Positions 30,881 through 45,761 of a stretch of DNA of 64,000 bases are shown here, in pieces. The notes under the pieces were generated by a model that saw only the letters and a list, made by a program, of their open reading frames with translations, made no database searches and was not told where the DNA came from. The stretch lies in NCBI GenBank assembly GCA_964016885.1, contig OZ024742.1:99386001-99450000 (forward strand). Direction: 5' to 3'. The stretch is from Eledone cirrhosa. Its lineage: Eukaryota. The position numbers and the translations under genes were made by a program. Position 1 is the stretch's first letter. The number at the start of each line of letters is the position of its first letter.

Positions 30881-31460
30881 TACATACATATATATGCAAG
30901 CAAAACACCTAGATGTAAAAACAAAGGCAGACTCTACAGAATTAACATCGAAGATGTCACCCATGTCATAAGCAACTGTCCAAAGACATCACAAAGATGG
31001 TGTAGTGGCCAAAACACTATACAATACAATCCATAGAAAAGATAGCCCTAACACTAAACTTATTAAAAGTTACAGAAATGTGGAAGACATATGCTAACAT
31101 AATATGAAAGAATACTGGTGAAATTTTCCAGTCAAAACCCTAATAAAATGCAATCATAACAGAACAGATATAATGATATGGAACAGGTAAAAGTAGGCAT
31201 CCTCAGTAGTGGAGTCAGCTGCCAGATGCCAATATAAAATTAAAGATTAGTGAAAAGGAAAATATCTATGCAGAACTAATGAGAAATCCGAAGGTATTCC
31301 AGCCTGACTATACCTTCAGATTTATACTTGTAATTATTGGAGCACTGGTAACTGTCTCAGTACACATCCTAGGAAACTGCGCTTCACAGAACCAGTAAAA
31401 ACACAACTAGTTAGGAAGTTACAAGTAAAATCCATCAATGGAACTGTAAATATGTAAAAC
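30881..31460 (+). mobile_element. Decayed R4/Dong-like LINE 3' fragment
   Basis: EDVTHVISNCPK zinc-knuckle remnant, then EYW*NFPVKTLIKCNHNRTDIMIW; begins after CATACATACATA. Confidence 0.7.
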
Positions 31461-31581
31461 ATTCCAAAACAGCACATACACATGTACAAATACAAAGCAT
31501 ATGTACATAGACCTAAAAGAAAACAGATACACACATACAATAACATCCATACTTGCAAATTTACTCACACACACACACACG

Positions 31582-31679
<98 letters not shown>

Positions 31680-32251
31680 AACACATACACACACATGCAT
31701 GAAGAGATGCAGACATATTTACTGAGTTGATGTTTGTTTAATTTCCAATGAAAAGGTTTTGTGTCTATGTTAGAAACCAGCTCTTTCTATTGGTTAACAT
31801 TTATAAAATAATTAAACCAGAAGAACATACATACATAAATTTGATCTCAATTCCGACAGGGAATGTTCCAGGTAGACAAACTACTTCTTAACATTCATTT
31901 AGCGTTATTCTTAGGGAGATGCAGAGTGAATGCACGCTTGACAAAGTCTGAAATTTTCAGTTACAGGAATACTTCAAATTTCCAGCCGGGTTGACAGGAG
32001 TAATATGAAATAAGGTGTCTTTCTTAAGATTAAAATGCGTCACCAGGAATCGAACACACGATTTAAGATAGTTGGCCGAATACACTTACTATCTAAGCCA
32101 CACATATTTACTCATACCTCTATACATAAGTAATTATTTACATATATGTGTACGCAACAAATTACAAACACATACATTTAATGGAAATGTCAGACTATGG
32201 GAAATATGCGCTTTTACAAATTCAATACCTCCTACAGACATATATATATAT

Positions 32252-32416
32252 ATAGGAATAAGTATGACCCCGACGGCAGAGCTCAAGCCGTACGACGGCT
32301 ATTTCTGAGTCCAGAAATAGCCGTCGAAACGTCGGGTCATACTTGTTCCTATTACCCACTCTACTACCCTAAGTATTGCTTTATGGTCCATCTGGTTCCT
32401 TACCACAATTCCTTCG

Positions 32417-32420
<4 letters not shown>
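32252..32420. repeat. Fold-back of two 3' half-hammerheads (family I) plus the element 3' end
   Basis: ATAGGAATAAGTATGACCCCGACG...CGTCGGGTCATACTTGTTCCTAT inverted; homologous to 62485-62540, 6103-6210 and 22683-22720. Confidence 0.7.
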
Positions 32421-32468
<48 letters not shown>

Positions 32469-32712
32469 CCACACACATACATATATATATACACACACAC
32501 AGACACATATATATATTTATATATATATATACACACATATATATCTATAAATAGATATATATACATATACATATATATCTATAAAGATACATCTAAATAA
32601 AAACATACATAATACATACATACGTACATGCATACATACATACATGTATGCATACATACATACATACATACATACATACATACATACATACATACATACA
32701 TACATACATACA

Positions 32713-33220
32713 TGGTGGCTGCCAACTCGTTTTCGAGTACGGCCACTACTTTATATCCATGTAGGAGAACCCCTACCGATGCGCTGAACGAGTGTGACTT
32801 TTTAGTCCAGCCAGCGACTTGAAAACTCTGGTACAAACACTACACTTGTGACAATTACTGACACATAGTGCTGGGCCCATGGTACCATGTGATGACAAGT
32901 GCAGAGAGATTTCCAGATATAAAGCAATGCCTGTGCCGTGAAGCTTTTATAGTGAGCAAAGGCACTGCACAAAGCCAGTCCCACTCTCTTAACCAAGATG
33001 ATATTTACCAAAAAGAAGAACAATTCAACATCATTGGATACCATCAGGGTTGCAGGTGTTATATCAGAGTTTTCCTTCTCCTAGAATTCTGCCTTGACAA
33101 AGGCTAAGGGGTCATCTCTCCCGGTGATTTTGGATGGCCATTGACTCTTAAGAGCTCCTTTGCCCTTTGACAGGTTTTGTTTTTAGTCCTGCAGGATGTC
33201 CAAAGTCACCCTCCTCACCA
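32713..33220 (-). mobile_element. LINE-like 3' fragment ending in a C2H2 zinc finger, copy 3
   Basis: Matches copies 1 and 2; flanked on both sides by (CATA)n. Confidence 0.7.
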
Positions 33221-33250
33221 TACATACATACATACATACATACATACATA

Positions 33251-33770
33251 CAAAATTAACAACAAACGAGGAAGAATATATTGAGACAGATGGCACTAAG
33301 GAATACTGGTGGAACCTGAAAATAAAAACTGCCACCAAATTAAAGCACAACCGGCCTGATATTGTAGTTTGGGACCACACATTGAAAACGTGTTCTGTTG
33401 TGGAGATCAGCTGCCCACTTGATGTAAACGTTGTCAGAAAAATACAGGAGAAGGAGGACATCTACGGACCATTGATGAGGAGCTTACAAATCCAGTATCC
33501 AAGATACACCTTTAGCTTCATACCCATCATTATTGGTGCTACGGGTTATATACCAACCCGCTTGGACCAAAGTATGACCGAACTTGGATTTGCGGACAAA
33601 AAGCGCAGCTCCCTAATTCATAGTCTACAAATGGCTGCGATAGCTGGCACCTTCAAAATATGCAAAACATTCTTGCGATTCAAGGGATGACAATTTCTTT
33701 TCTTTTACAACCTTGCCACCAGGAAGGTGGCCGGTCAAAAAAATATACTCGAAATTAAGAGAAAGAGAAA
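33251..33770 (+). mobile_element. R4/Dong-like non-LTR retrotransposon 3' end with an open RLE domain (stop at 33690)
   Basis: EYWWNLKIKT...KHNRPDIVVWD...VVEISCP...EKEDIY...IPIIIGATG, a PD-(D/E)xK-type RLE; (CATA)n on both flanks. Confidence 0.88.
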
Positions 33771-34187
33771 ACATACATACATACATACATACATACATAC
33801 ATACATACATACATACATACATACATTTATAAAGAAGGATGAAAGCAAAGTTGACTAAGTTGGGTTTGACGTCAGATCGTAAATACATGCATGCGTACGT
33901 ATGCACGTGGTTATGTCTTGTATAATGACAGAATTTCAATGAAGGTATCTTGTTTGAGCGTTTCAAACTGTGTCTTCCTCTGCTGGATATTTATATACAT
34001 GCGTGTATGTATAAAACATTCAAAACTTGTGTCTGTGTGTGTGTGTTTGCATGTGTGCAGGTTTGTGTATGTTTGTAACAGGGCATTCTGATCTCTACTG
34101 TAGTTACGTGCTTCTCCATATGATATGATAATCAACATAGCTATAAGCCTTCTTTGGTTAACACGAAGTAGCTGCCTGTTAATGTTC

Positions 34188-34265
34188 TACTGCAAATCAT
34201 TAAATATCCGCTGGATTACCATTGTGAAACAAGGGGCTTGATCTAACGACCTATTTTCACTTGTC

Positions 34266-34310
<45 letters not shown>

Positions 34311-34332
34311 GTATATATATATATACATATGT

Positions 34333-34388
<56 letters not shown>

Positions 34389-34455
34389 GTATATATATAT
34401 ATATATATATATACATATGTACATACATATATATATATATATATATATACATATG

Positions 34456-34528
<73 letters not shown>

Positions 34529-34529
34529 G

Positions 34530-34573
<44 letters not shown>

Positions 34574-34579
34574 CATATG

Positions 34580-34634
<55 letters not shown>

Positions 34635-34731
34635 AAATATATATATATATACCGACAAGTGAAAATAGGTCGTTAGATCAAGCCCCTGGTTTCACAATGG
34701 TAATCCAGCGGATATTTAATGATTTGCAGTA
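34188..34731. repeat. Inverted repeat with arms of about 80 bp around a roughly 380-bp TA-rich tract
   Basis: 34188-34268 and 34651-34731 are near-perfect reverse complements. Confidence 0.95.
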
Positions 34732-34873
34732 TATATTAGAAAGTGAGGGTTTTTTTACAAATTGGAAAATAACCGAGGTGTCCTACACGAGTGAAAGTAT
34801 AAAGAAAAAGAGATTAAATCGAAAATGCAACTGGAGTCTTATTTTTTTTTTAAATATATATATATATTTGGTT

Positions 34874-34911
34874 CCTTTACCGGTTTCGCAGTTCTTCTGC
34901 TTTTCAAAAGG
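34874..34911 (-). ncRNA. Hammerhead motif with U3-A8 core (family E)
   Basis: Mirror copy of 34987-35024. Confidence 0.75.
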
Positions 34912-34986
34912 TGAGTTGAGATGGAGAGTCTGTGGTTTTTCTCACATCAGATGTGAGAAAAACCACAGACCCAACATCTCAACTCA

Positions 34987-35024
34987 CCTTTTGAAAAGCA
35001 GAAGAACTGCGAAACCGGTAAAGG
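34987..35024 (+). ncRNA. Hammerhead motif with U3-A8 core (family E)
   Basis: CCTT TTGAAAA GCAG aagaa CTGC GAAAC cg GTA AAGG; stems I and II perfect, palindromic stem III ACCGGT. Confidence 0.8.
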
Positions 35025-35097
35025 AACCAAATAAATATATATATATTTTTTTAAAAATAAGACTCCAGTTGCATTTTCGATTTCATCTCTTTTTCTT

Positions 35098-35136
<39 letters not shown>

Positions 35137-35228
35137 GCATATATACATATATATACATATATATATATATATGTATGTATATATATATGTATATACATAT
35201 ATACACACACACATATATATATATATAC

Positions 35229-35277
<49 letters not shown>

Positions 35278-35341
35278 CATTTATATATATATAATATATA
35301 TAATATATATATATATATATTATATATATATATTTACATAC

Positions 35342-35399
<58 letters not shown>

Positions 35400-35443
35400 T
35401 TATAAATATATATAAAGTATGTATTTATAAGTATGTATTTATA

Positions 35444-35567
<124 letters not shown>

Positions 35568-36175
35568 TAATAAATGACATGAATCAAAATAATCATTGGA
35601 TGCAAAAGTACACAATTATATTAGACTTTACACACATTGCTTACTACTGCGTTTTGTCTATTTCTACGTTTTCTCACGTATAAGACGATTTGCTTTTACG
35701 AAATAATTCATTCTTAATGGATTTGCTACTAGGAGTTTCTACATACAATGATATAGTTACATTGTTCTAGCAAGTATTAGGTAGAGTGCTTTCCTTCGTA
35801 GTTCCTGTCATCTTTATTTTTCCCCTCTCTCAAACTGGTACTTATTTAGACACAAGTTTTGCAGTTTTAGGGAGAAAGGTAACGTGAATAAATGGACGTT
35901 ATTGTACGTCTGGTACTTTACGTTCCCGACATTCAGAAGGATGAAAGAAAAGTTGACTAAGTTGGGTCTGACGTCAGATCGTAAAGTACGTGAACAAATA
36001 CTTTATGGCATTGTTCCGATGCTCTAACCTTTTACCCAATTCACTAGCAATGATAAACTCAGGTCAGATGAGATTCTGTTCTTGAAAAGTTATACTTTTC
36101 CATCTTTCTTCTCTGTTTGTAGACATTTCTTGAAAATCCTGGAATATGTGAATACATACATACATAGGTATATAC

Positions 36176-36209
<34 letters not shown>

Positions 36210-36339
36210 AGTTTTAATATAGAAGAGCTTCTACAGGACTAGAACTGTTTCATTCGTGAGAAATCATCAGGGAGTTCCCTGATGATTTGTCACGAATGAA
36301 ACAATACTAGTCCTGTAGAAGCTCGTCTATATTAAAACT
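36210..36339. ncRNA. Palindrome of two back-to-back family B hammerhead cores
   Basis: TCATCAG ggagttcc CTGATGA at the centre; both strands read CTGATGA..GAAAC..CTGTA GAAGCTC; tail to 36405 matches 8429-8482. Confidence 0.8.
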
Positions 36340-36422
36340 TTTAGACTCAGCTATGTATTGAGTACCTTACTTACTGTGGTTACTGCCGATTCAACCCGGA
36401 ATAACTTATCTATCTATTTATA

Positions 36423-36475
<53 letters not shown>

Positions 36476-36488
36476 CATATATATATAT

Positions 36489-37548
<1,060 letters not shown>

Positions 37549-37600
37549 GGAAAAAATGAAACGAAATTTCATTTCTCACTCTTAGTACGGCTGTTACTTA

Positions 37601-38347
37601 AATATAAGTATGTATACGTACATACATATATGTATACAGACGTACAGTAGCATGTATATATACATACATGCACACATATATATATATGTACATATGGATT
37701 CACCGAACATTTATTATAATGCTCGGTGTGTTTGTAAACAAACATCCCGAATTAAGCGGTACAGTGTCTAGCAACCATCGTTGCTCATTTGTTTAACCCT
37801 GACAAAGGAACGCTGTACTTGTTTCAAGCTTATTAGCTATCGTCAGCAACGTATACCTTCCTGCCAGATGATTGAATGTCTGAAAGTATATACTTTCCTT
37901 ATGCATATTAACGGCTGAGCAGCCTAATTTGTATATCGAGTGAGTTAATCGGCCGGGGTACCGAAAACGATAAACGTAAAAAATGAAACGAAATTTCGAT
38001 TAACTCACTCGATATGCAAATTAGGCTGCTCAGCCGTTAATATGCATAAGGAAAGTATATACTTTCAGACGTTCAATCATCTGGCAGGAAGGTATACGTT
38101 GCGGACGATAGCTAATAAGCTTGAAACTAGTACAGCGTTCCTTTGTCAGGGTTGAACAAATGAGCAACGATGGTTGCTAGACACTGTACGGCTTAATTCG
38201 GGATGTTTGTTTACAAACATACCGAGCATTATAATAAATGTTCGGTGAATCCATACGTACATATATATATGTGTGCATGTATGTGTATATATATACATAC
38301 TACTATACGTCTGTATACATATATGTATGTACGTATACATACTTATA
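37601..38347. repeat. Inverted repeat of the family F HHR unit (arms about 350 bp)
   Basis: 37601-37951 versus 37998-38347; same sequence as the 50.07-50.88 kb tandem. Confidence 0.93.
37811..37851 (-). ncRNA. Type I hammerhead motif (family F)
   Basis: Minus strand: CGTTG CTGACGA tAGCTaataAGCTt GAAAC aa GTA CAGCG; the mirror copy at 38097-38137 has CGGACGA. Confidence 0.75.
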
Positions 38348-38417
38348 TATATATATAGAGAGAGAATAAGGAAAAGCGAAGTAGTTTCAGATGTTCAAGT
38401 CCTTTAATAATAATGAT

Positions 38418-38491
38418 GCTGTGATAAATATTTCAATGACGACACTGGCCACACTGTTCTGTGTGCGAGTGTCGTGACATCAACAGACAGC
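38418..38491 (-). ncRNA. Hammerhead motif with a core substitution (family J)
   Basis: Minus strand: GCTGT CTGTTGA [..CGACACT..AGTGTCG..] GAAA T attt ATC ACAGC; A6 is replaced by U. Confidence 0.6.
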
Positions 38492-38536
38492 TTGTTACAT
38501 AATAAGGTTATGTTTGCGAGGCAATCCAAATTGAAT

Positions 38537-38624
<88 letters not shown>

Positions 38625-39202
38625 ATGTATACAGCCGTACTAAGAGTGAGAAATGAAATTTCGTTTCATTTTTTCCATATATATATATATAAGAAAATAC
38701 GGAATGCTTGGCTTTACATTTATATATTCATTCAATCATACCTTAAATCTCCAATTTCTTGTTACTCACAATTTCTCCCATCAAGGTCTTCAGAAAATTT
38801 AATATTTCAGCTATGGCTAACGGATTACTGTTTTTAGGAGACGTATGTGCACACCCAAGAGAAACAAATAAAGGATTAAATGCATGGAGTACAGTTTATA
38901 TAGTAATTGATTTGAAGCTAAATAATTTCTAGCTATCTCCCTTGTTTCTCATATCATATTCTTCAAGCGATTGAGCTTTTAGTTATGGCTGCTGAATTTT
39001 CTGGTTTCCTTACCGAAAACATATTTCAGTACACATGTCTATGGCTCTAATGTTATTACTTAATCCTGATTTCTATTATAGGGCACGTGGTTAAAAAAAA
39101 CCCATAGTGCTGTAACTGCAGTGGCGAGTGTGAAGGTTTTCTTGTTATACGTTAAAAATAGTTATATATGCTCTGATCTTATCTAATGTCTGAAGGAGGA
39201 TA

Positions 39203-39301
<99 letters not shown>

Positions 39302-39426
39302 TGTACGTATTGTATATTTAATAATATACTGTGTGTTTCTTTTAAAACATTTTGAAGGCCGTTCGCTATGAATTTAAGGTAGTGACTGTAATCTCATACC
39401 TAGCCTCAGCTAAGAACAAAGGAGAA

Positions 39427-39467
39427 TAACCGACGCGTTTCTCGCTGTTTAATGTTTATCAAGGCTA
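39427..39467 (-). ncRNA. Hammerhead motif with U3-A8 core and decayed stem II (family G)
   Basis: Minus strand: TAGCC TTGATAA acattaaacagcga GAAAC gc GTC GGTTA; related modules at 11790-12120 and 41205-41310. Confidence 0.5.
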
Positions 39468-39761
39468 TATACCTCTCTGCGTTTGCTGTGAGCTGTAGAA
39501 GCTGAATTCTTATCTAATACCAATTATGTTTATGAGATGTTTAAACTCATTAACATACGGAGCGATTGCCGGCCCTGCAACAATTAGAAATTTGCGTTGG
39601 AGCTTTGAAATATCGATGTATATATGAATGTCCGTACTGTATATTTAATACACAATACATACAATCATATTTCAGAGATACAACACAAACATATATATAC
39701 TAGCTGAGGTTAACAAATGATAAGAGAATTGTCTTGTTTACAGTGTGTGTGTATTGTGTGT

Positions 39762-39807
<46 letters not shown>

Positions 39808-39828
39808 TTGTGTGTGTTTGTGTATATG

Positions 39829-39870
<42 letters not shown>

Positions 39871-41308
39871 AGTGAGTGTGAGTGTGTGTGTATGTGTGTG
39901 TATATATATATATATGTGTGTATAGATATAGATATATAAAGCTGACGGCTGTATGTAGGTAACAAACTTTCCGCCAAACGGCTAGACCAAACAGTACCAA
40001 ATTTGCACCATAGATGTAACTTTTTCCAAGTAAAAAAATGACGGTATTTTCGTCTACGGAATTTTGTTAAAAGATTAAAGACATTATTTAAATATTCACG
40101 TCTTTAAAATTTTCAAATGTCAACACTTCTGGTTATACGACATTCCTATCGTCTTCACGAACCAAAGTATCATCTTCCTGTTTTCTTTCGGTTGCAACTT
40201 TTTTTAGTTTCAGAAGATCCCGTTAAGCGTGAAAGCAGCGATTATGCATACACAAAAACAAAATATAAACAAACGTATTTATTTCACGAAAGCACAGACG
40301 GCTTATCGTCATTCTTACTGCAGATATGCCACCCAAAATGTCCTAGCCTGGTCACAAGATCAGATTTTGCAGAAGAAAAAATGTTACTAGAGCAGCAGAG
40401 AGACTAAGCTTCGTGATTACCATCAACAACGCTCAGGGTCAAACCCTAAAAATGGCTGGCTTTCATCTGGGAAAACCATGGTCAATTGTATGTAGGATGC
40501 TCTAGGGTGAGCTCGCCAAACAAGCTCTTCATCTTTGCTCCCGAGGGCCGAAGAAAAAATATTGTATACTCTGAGGCTCTAACAATATAATTTATGTACT
40601 TTCTGTTACTTGGAATTTCCATTATGGTTGTACAAATTATTGTAAAGTTTGTAAAAGAATTTGTTCTCTGTTCATCCTTTATTATTGTAACTATCAATTT
40701 TCATTAACGTACTGGCTGAGAAAAGAAACCTACAATGAAAGAACATCTTAAAGTTTACAGAAGCCAAATGTTGTATTTATTAACATTTCTATCTGCAGGT
40801 TCTTAGCAAGCTTACTGGCGCTTTAGTATGGTATTCAATTCTCATATCGTTTTTGATTGATATGATGCATATATCGCAGCTATTCATATGTTTTAAACAT
40901 TAGATAACGATTGCTGATGTATATTGTACGACAGAATTAGCTGAAAAATATTTTGAGTGAACAAATAAAAGAGATATAAAAGAGAGATGTTTGTTGGCTG
41001 GTTCCTTAGCGTATCAGACCGCTCTGTAAAATCAGTTCCTGACTGTTACTGGGATTCTATAAGAATCCAACAAACATAATTTTCGGCAAACCGGGAGAGA
41101 AGTGAGTTTGATAAGTGCCAAAAAGTACGAAACAGAGCTGTCAACTTATCTCCCCCTGAAAAATTTAAGTAAGCGACAATGTCGCTACTTTAAAACGATA
41201 GCGTATGGTCTTCAAAATGCTTTTAATTAAGCATACAGTGTATTGCAAAATACACTGTATATACATTCATATATATATCGCTATTTCAGAGCACCAATTC
41301 TAATTTTC

Positions 41309-41469
<161 letters not shown>

Positions 41470-41959
41470 TCTGTGTGTGTGTGTATATGTATCCTCTTCT
41501 AGAATACCAGATAAATCATCTTATTGTTCAAGTGCCGCAATGAGAAGTAGCTAACTTTATTGACTAAATCATTGACATTCTATCGGCACGGTTCTACTTT
41601 AGAAATAATGTTGCATCATTCTTACCTTTCTTACAGAAAAAGATGTTCTTGTGTATCGGCCTTATTTTTTATTATTATTATTTATAGTCTCCGTGTAAAT
41701 TCGATATGGTTTATTTATTCATGTTCGTTTTGTCAATAATGATTTCGTTAAACATTTTTGTGCAGATCTTTCTGTATAAATGACAACTGGACTGGCTGGT
41801 TTGTTCTTGCAATTATATTTGTGTGATGATATAATATATTAACTAGATAGGAGACAGAACAAACTTGGGTTAGTAGCAAATGGAAGTCTTAGCTTTGATC
41901 GAAGGATTGAGTGAATGAATAAATAAACTACATATCATGCACTGAATACATTCCTCTTC

Positions 41960-42200
41960 TGTTTGAACGCTTTCTTGTGGTTGTCTATTGAATTCTGTGG
42001 TGGCCATCTTCTCCTTCAATTGTGGATTTTTTTAATAAGTATATCTCAATTCTTTTTGGGCAGTTTCGACAGCACATGGAAAATGTGAGTATTTAGTAAC
42101 AGGGTCTAGGTATTGATCAACTTGCATAAGTCCTTTCTCGCTTCACCTGCAAGCGTTGAGTGCGTTTGTCCAATGTACACTCTTGCACCAACACCCACAA
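41960..42200 (-). pseudogene. Possible highly decayed GIY-YIG remnant
   Basis: Minus strand reads GARVYIGQT immediately after a (TA)n tract; little else is recognisable. Confidence 0.35.
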
Positions 42201-42211
42201 TTTTATATATA

Positions 42212-42248
<37 letters not shown>

Positions 42249-43050
42249 AATATAAATATATATATATATATGTATGTATTTATATATTTACAAATATAAA
42301 TATATATATATTTATGTATATATGTGTGTGTGTGTGTGTGTGTGTGAACCAATTTTCTTGCTCTCTTATTGTTGTAAAAGTTGTAATAAAACTTTTCTCG
42401 TGTATAAAAACACTTTTTTCTTAATTCCGACTAATTTTTATAGTAACCAGAGAAATACAATAGAACCGACACATCCTTGTTATTGATATTCTGTTCTCCT
42501 TTTTACGAAGGCAAAGCTTTATTTCCCCTGTCTGAAAGGGTTGAAAGAGAAAGTCGACCTCAGCAAAATTCGAACTCAGAACGGGATGAGAAAGAGGCAA
42601 GTAATGACATTTTATGTACTTCTCCCACCCTGAAAATCAGCCGGCCTGGAATAACAATTAATATTTCTAAATTAGACATAAAATATTAAACTCTAGATAA
42701 ACGAACAGTCGATTAGAATGATCTAGAATATGACTGGTACTTTCGAGCTGGGTGTGGCAAACTTGATTGCAACGGTATTTGATTCAACACCACCAAGACA
42801 ATAAAAGGCAGATTGATCTCGGTGAAATCTTAACTGAGATGTAACTTGGCATTTTGTCTGCCACGCTAACGATATTTACCGATTCACAGACTTTACCAAC
42901 TTGAATTAGCACCATTTTTACCAAACTACCTGATTCACCCGTGATTCGATAAACGCAAATGTGTTTATTTTAATGGGTTTATATTTTTTGTTTAAAACTT
43001 TCCAGCATGTTTTTAAGTAAGAAACACTGATGTACCAAACACCAACTAAT

Positions 43051-43235
43051 AATTATTTCTACTTTTAGCACAAGCACAGCAATTATCCCAGTGCATTATT
43101 GGTACTTTATTTTATCGACCCCGTAAGGATGAAAGGCAAAGTTAACCTCGGCGGGATTTGAAATTATGTCCGTAAAGGGACATAACTCTGTGCTGCAAAG
43201 TATGGCGTCAGACACTCTACCGATACTACCAACCC
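43051..43235 (-). mobile_element. SINE family 1
   Basis: Match to the other copies. Confidence 0.85.
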
Positions 43236-43241
43236 ATAATA

Positions 43242-44441
43242 ATATTAAGGTTAGATGTGTTAGTATGTTGCTGCGAAATGTTTATCTCCTTCAAAATGAC
43301 TTGAAAATCATAGCCAGCATCATTTATTAGAATTATGGTAATGAATAGTTTAAATATTAATATTGGATTCGACAGAAAATTCCCGTCGTTCTTCAAAAGG
43401 AGGTATTTTGGTCGAGATTTCTGGAAGTGTTGAAGATTGCGCATGCGCACATATATAAAAAGTGACATTGATATGCATTTTCTGTTACGCCATCAAATGG
43501 GAAATCAACTTAGATCTATCCAAATCATATATTCGTGGCTGTGTATGTTATGACTTCAAATCTGGCCTAAGCGCGATTGTATAGAGTTGTTGCATTAACA
43601 ATCCATGTGGGTTACACTTCATGTCTAGAGAGTGTGCCAGCGACAAATTCGCACGGTGAATGTAACCTTGACGATCGACCTTAAGCAGGACATTCATCCG
43701 ACTTCAATGACGATCAACTGCGTATCAATTCTACGAAGTGGTTGGGTCTTCGGCAACAACCATCCTCAATCACATGCATGCAATAAGGAATGTGTCCAAG
43801 CTGGGCCAATGGTACCCCTCAATCTTACTGACCATAATCGTCATTGTCGGTCAGCAACTACGATTTCCCTACTTTCTTACCATCACACAACCAGCTAGTT
43901 ACGTTCGATTGCCATTGGTGATGAGAGATGGTGTCTCTACATTAATGTCAAGCACAAGCGATCGTGAGTTGATGAAGTGTGTGCGACACAACGGCAATCA
44001 AAGGCTGGGCTCCAGCCTCACCAGGCCCTACTGAGCATCCGGTGGGACTGGAAAAGTGTCTCATCCTTTGATTATAACGCGTGGCCGCACATATTGAGGG
44101 TGACCGAAGAGAATTTGTTGGAGCTAGGTTGGGATATTCTACCCTAAAACGCCATATTCGTCCAACCATGCGCTTGCAGACTATCCCATTTTTCCCTCAA
44201 TGATCAATGGAATGCAGTCAAAGACCTTCAATAAAGACCAGTTAAATCAGTGGATACGAAATTATTTGCAACGAAGCCAAATGAATTCTACAGGAATGGA
44301 ATCATGGGCCTTTCTAAATGATGACATCCGTTGATCTCAAAAGATTACGATTATTTTGACTTGTAAAATATTCCAACTGTTAAAAAACAGCAAGCTCAAT
44401 ACAAATTTAAAACACGGATATTACATTCTGTCCAACCTAAT
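43242..44441 (+). mobile_element. Decayed mariner transposon (transposase pseudogene at about 43496-44340)
   Basis: Fragments IRGCVCYDFKSGLS, TILNHMHAIRNVSKLGQW(V)P, GDERWCLYIN, NAWPH and PYSSNHALADYPIF match mariner WVPHEL, GDEKW, HDNARPH and YSPDLAPSD motifs; right end CCAACCTAATA. Confidence 0.85.
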
Positions 44442-44813
44442 ACAACTATGTTACAGTGTAATGCAATAGTGTTGCTGAAATGTTAGCTTGACGGACTAAA
44501 TACATGTCAGTATTTAGTTCTGTCTCTGTAATGTTTGAATTCATAACTAACTGTTTCTCACGTGACCATTTACTCGTCCCAAATCGATAAAGCCATTCTA
44601 ATCATGTATAGAGATGAATGCAATCGACCATGTTTTTCCCTTACAAATCTATGGCCTTATGCCAACTCGAGAGATCGATAGCTCTATATTAGAAATCAAT
44701 ATCGCTTTACACGCACATATAATCATTATGCATACACAAACACATTAAATCTATCTATCTATCTCTCTATCTATGTATCTATCTATCTGACTATCTCTCC
44801 ATCTATCTATATA

Positions 44814-44913
44814 CAGGGTGTTCCCTATATATGTATACACACTTTGTTTACCTGCAAAAGCAATATCTATTAGAATGCTGTTGAAATGTGTATACATTTT
44901 TTGGGTCACCCTG
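44814..44913. mobile_element. Tc1/mariner-type MITE of about 100 bp
   Basis: TA|CAGGGTG...CACCCTG|TA with internal inverted ATGTATACAC/GTGTATACAT. Confidence 0.7.
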
Positions 44914-45268
44914 TAAATATATGTGTATCTGTGTGTATATGTGTGCGTGTCTACGCATGTATGTTAAATTTGTTTTAGAAAAGCCAGTTCATTACAAGTC
45001 AGAAATTCAGGAGTGAAAACAGACGTGAACTAAAACAAAACAAACAACTGTTCACAACTTTCCCTCATATATCGTAGATATTTCTGGATAAACAAAATAT
45101 TTACAAAAGAAAAAGAAAATAAAGTGTGATGAGATTATAAGTTTGACTCTTTTATACATATGTCTGGGAAAGCATCGGATAGTGACATACAGATTGTTAG
45201 AAACCACGATGATCCTCATGCAGTTTGGATCGATTTAAATCTTTCTTCATTCTCTGCCTATCAATCTC

Positions 45269-45349
<81 letters not shown>

Positions 45350-45376
45350 CACAATCTGACACACACACTTTCCCTG

Positions 45377-45466
<90 letters not shown>

Positions 45467-45486
45467 AATCTCTCACACACACACTC

Positions 45487-45537
<51 letters not shown>

Positions 45538-45587
45538 AAGTAATTAAGTCAAATATTTAAGATTTGGCTTCGTTTATTAAAGATGTT

Positions 45588-45641
45588 CTGCTATATATAT
45601 TTCGGTGACAACCATCATTGGCTGTTACCTCTTCAGGCAGT
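45588..45641 (-). ncRNA. Type I hammerhead motif (family H)
   Basis: Mirror of 48746-48800 with a few stem substitutions. Confidence 0.8.
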
Positions 45642-45761
45642 TCAAATTGGTGTGGTAGAGACAGGTACACATGTTGTTAAAGTGTTTTACTCCGTCAATA
45701 CTCCGATATGTCCAGCTCCTTGTTGAGTTGTTATTTCTCTGAGGAACTGGAATAATATGAA

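Larger units (their letters stand above)
34798..35101. repeat. Palindrome of about 300 bp holding two family E hammerheads
   Basis: Centre CTCACATC a GATGTGAG at about 34949; arms homologous to 28136-28280. Confidence 0.95.
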
